Origin: Escherichia phage JLBYU22
Strand: one strand, 5' to 3'
Sequence record: OK272484.1
DNA length: 64,000 nt
Both the position numbers and the translations under genes were made by a program. Numbering within the stretch: the first letter of the stretch is position 1; each line of letters opens with the position of its first letter. The notes under the pieces are model-generated. The model saw nothing but the letters and a program-made list of their open reading frames with translations, was not told where the DNA came from and did no database searches. Positions 62,140 through 64,000 of the stretch are shown here, in pieces.

Positions 62140-62190
62140 GTTGTATAGTACCACAGTCCTTGTGGTATGTAAACCGTTTTGTGAAAATTT
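62140..62190 (-). promoter_or_regulatory. Early promoter cassette (family 2)
   Basis: Minus strand aaaattttcacaaaacgGTTTACA...TACTATacaactatcaactgatacg. Confidence 0.5.
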
Positions 62191-62191
62191 T

Positions 62192-62749
62192 TTAAATGGA
62201 AAGATACCATCCGTTGTAGTTGCTTTTTCTTACAACCTTACGAAGGTCTTCTCTATCACCAATGAACTTCGGAGTGTACTGGATGACACCTGGGTGAATT
62301 TCTTTAGTGTTGAATATAATTATACAGTCAGCGACTTGATGATTTAGAATGGGCCCTAGATTTATTCCAGAACCGTATGGATACTCTCCGCTGCATCCTG
62401 TTGTTACAGAAATCCAACGCGAGTCAGTTTGATGTGTCTTAACTTCTACGCGAAGTCCGCAGTATCTTGGGTGCGCCAATACATCCCATGCGTATGTATA
62501 CGGGTCATTAACATCCTCTTGACCTTTGTTAACATACCCGCTTAGCCAATCTGCAACAAAAAACTCTGCGTACACCGCGATACGGCATCTTTCAATAACT
62601 TCTGCTTTATCCTGATTTGGATTTTGTTTTAAAGAGTATCTTGCTGTATCAGCAATTTTGACCTTCATTTCACTAGTCAAGTCACTGTTCGATAGGGTAA
62701 ATGTCGGAATCTGAAATAGTCTCTGTAAACCCGGATTCGTTTTCTGCAT
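62192..62749 (-). CDS. denB: Endonuclease IV
   Basis: 185 aa, same as T4 DenB; position next to rIIB. Confidence 0.8.
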   Translation of the reverse strand: MQKTNPGLQRLFQIPTFTLSNSDLTSEMKVKIADTARYSLKQNPNQDKAEVIERCRIAVYAEFFVADWLSGYVNKGQEDVNDPYTYAWDVLAHPRYCGLRVEVKTHQTDSRWISVTTGCSGEYPYGSGINLGPILNHQVADCIIIFNTKEIHPGVIQYTPKFIGDREDLRKVVRKSNYNGWYLSI

Positions 62750-62818
62750 TAAACTTTCCTTTTACGTCGGAATCACCGATATTCATACAATAAATCATAA
62801 TTTTTCCTTAAAACAAAA

Positions 62819-62830
62819 GGGCCGAAGCCC
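62819..62830 (-). terminator. Short hairpin with T-tract on minus strand
   Basis: GGGC-CGAA-GCCC followed by TTTTGTTTT on minus strand. Confidence 0.4.
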
Positions 62831-62837
62831 CTTATTT

Positions 62838-63032
62838 TTATTTGAATTGTGCAATTCTTTTTTCTAAACAATCTGCGTAAGATTTCATTGAGATGAACTG
62901 TGAAAGCAGTAATTCTTGCTCAACTTCATTAATCGTTAGAAACTTTGTGCTTTCTAAAAATTTGCTCAGTGCATTAATTTTGAGCATTAATTGATCGTAT
63001 TCTTCTTTTACTCGTGCTTGATAACCTAACAT
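62838..63032 (-). CDS. Hypothetical protein (position of denB.1)
   Basis: 64-aa ORF. Confidence 0.5.
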   Translation of the reverse strand: MLGYQARVKEEYDQLMLKINALSKFLESTKFLTINEVEQELLLSQFISMKSYADCLEKRIAQFK

Positions 63033-63060
63033 AATTTTCCTTAGTTAAGGGCCGAAGCCC

Positions 63061-63999
63061 TTATTTAAATTGTTCAGTAACGTCTTCAACTACTTCGTAT
63101 TGGCAGGTACGCATTTTAGCATCGTTGTAATCAATCGGAATTGATACTACATCGCGAGGATGTACTTTAACTTTTACAACTCGGCTGGTTGAACTACCAA
63201 AGTGACGAATATAAGATTTAGAACACACATGCAGACCACGAGAACAAGTTTGTGTATCATCGTCATTCACACGAGTACGTGGCATTTTAACTACTTTACC
63301 AGGACTGTTATCAAAAGTATTTGAATGGCAGTCAAAGTAATTGCTGCGAACTACTTTCCAAGCATAGAAGTAGCCGTCTTCAGTAATTTCAATATCGTTT
63401 GCTACCAAGAAATCAAAGAGTCGAGATACAGCTTTTTGGCTCGGGTTTTCCAACAGATTTTCCAAGAACGGAAAATAAAATTCAAAGTTTTCACCTTTTT
63501 CCATCGAATCGAGAATACGATCAACTAAACCAGATCGCAATTCAATATTTTGATAGAACAAGCTTCCACCTTCAATTCGAACATCACCGGAAATATATTT
63601 TTCAACAGCGCGACGAACATTAATTTTTTGTGCCGCTTCTTCCAATTTATCTTCAACAAGCAGATTAAGAATTTCCTGGAAGTTTGAATGAGTATTAGGA
63701 GTTGCGTTATAAGTTACACCGTCAACAGTAATTGAAATGAATTTTTTAGATGCATTCCAAATAATGTCAGATTTAGTAACTGGAGCAATAGCTGTATCGC
63801 TATTAACTTTAACCGTAATGTCACCGCTAATAGTAACTTTAGAGCGTTTAGCTTCTTCAGCATTTTTCAAAACACGACGAATTGTGTCAACCGATACACC
63901 TTGCCAATCAGCCAATTCCTGTTGGGTGTAATTACCGCTTGAATACAATTTAACAATTTCAGCTTGTTCGTTTTTGGTCAGGCATTTAATATTGTACAT
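63061..63999 (-). CDS. rIIB: rIIB rapid-lysis/membrane integrity protein
   Basis: 312 aa, same as T4 rIIB; start codon at window edge. Confidence 0.88.
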   Translation of the reverse strand: MYNIKCLTKNEQAEIVKLYSSGNYTQQELADWQGVSVDTIRRVLKNAEEAKRSKVTISGDITVKVNSDTAIAPVTKSDIIWNASKKFISITVDGVTYNATPNTHSNFQEILNLLVEDKLEEAAQKINVRRAVEKYISGDVRIEGGSLFYQNIELRSGLVDRILDSMEKGENFEFYFPFLENLLENPSQKAVSRLFDFLVANDIEITEDGYFYAWKVVRSNYFDCHSNTFDNSPGKVVKMPRTRVNDDDTQTCSRGLHVCSKSYIRHFGSSTSRVVKVKVHPRDVVSIPIDYNDAKMRTCQYEVVEDVTEQFK

Positions 64000-64000
64000 A

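Noticed and set aside
63047-63062. Hairpin AAGGGCC-GAAG-CCCTT downstream of rIIB as a terminator
   Set aside because: The stem is present but no T-rich tract follows on the minus strand; it may be only a stability element, so it was left unlisted.

Overview
This window is a contiguous segment of a T4-like (T-even, Tequatrovirus-type) myovirus genome, running from the 3' end of the major capsid gene 23 to rIIB. Gene order and protein lengths match T4 almost gene for gene: 23, 24, rnlB, hoc, inh, uvsW, uvsY, baseplate genes 25/26/51/27/28/29/48/54, alt, DNA ligase 30, rIII, 31, cd, pseT, spanins, alc, rnlA, denA, nrdB, nrdA, td, frd, 32, 59, 33, dsbA, rnh, tail fibre genes 34-38, holin t, asiA, arn, motA, 52, ac, stp, ndd, denB, rIIB. 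Coding density is very high, with most genes on the minus strand in translationally coupled blocks. No tRNA, rRNA, CRISPR array, integrase or transposase was found. Departures from canonical T4 that are visible in the sequence: (1) two tandem Alt-like ADP-ribosyltransferase genes, both with intact catalytic motifs, near a NADAR/YbiA-like gene and a HAD-like gene; (2) a 119-aa ORF inserted between frd and td, which overlap in T4; (3) td and nrdB are uninterrupted and no homing endonuclease genes are present; (4) Hoc carries an extra Ig-like domain from a 288-bp tandem duplication; (5) the distal tail fibre is T2/T6-type, with a 1253-aa gp37 and a glycine-rich gp38 adhesin; (6) a family of near-identical early-promoter cassettes recurs across the window; (7) clusters of small hydrophobic ORFs, including an Ac paralogue pair next to stp. 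All functional calls rest on motif recognition and recalled T4 knowledge; no database search was run.
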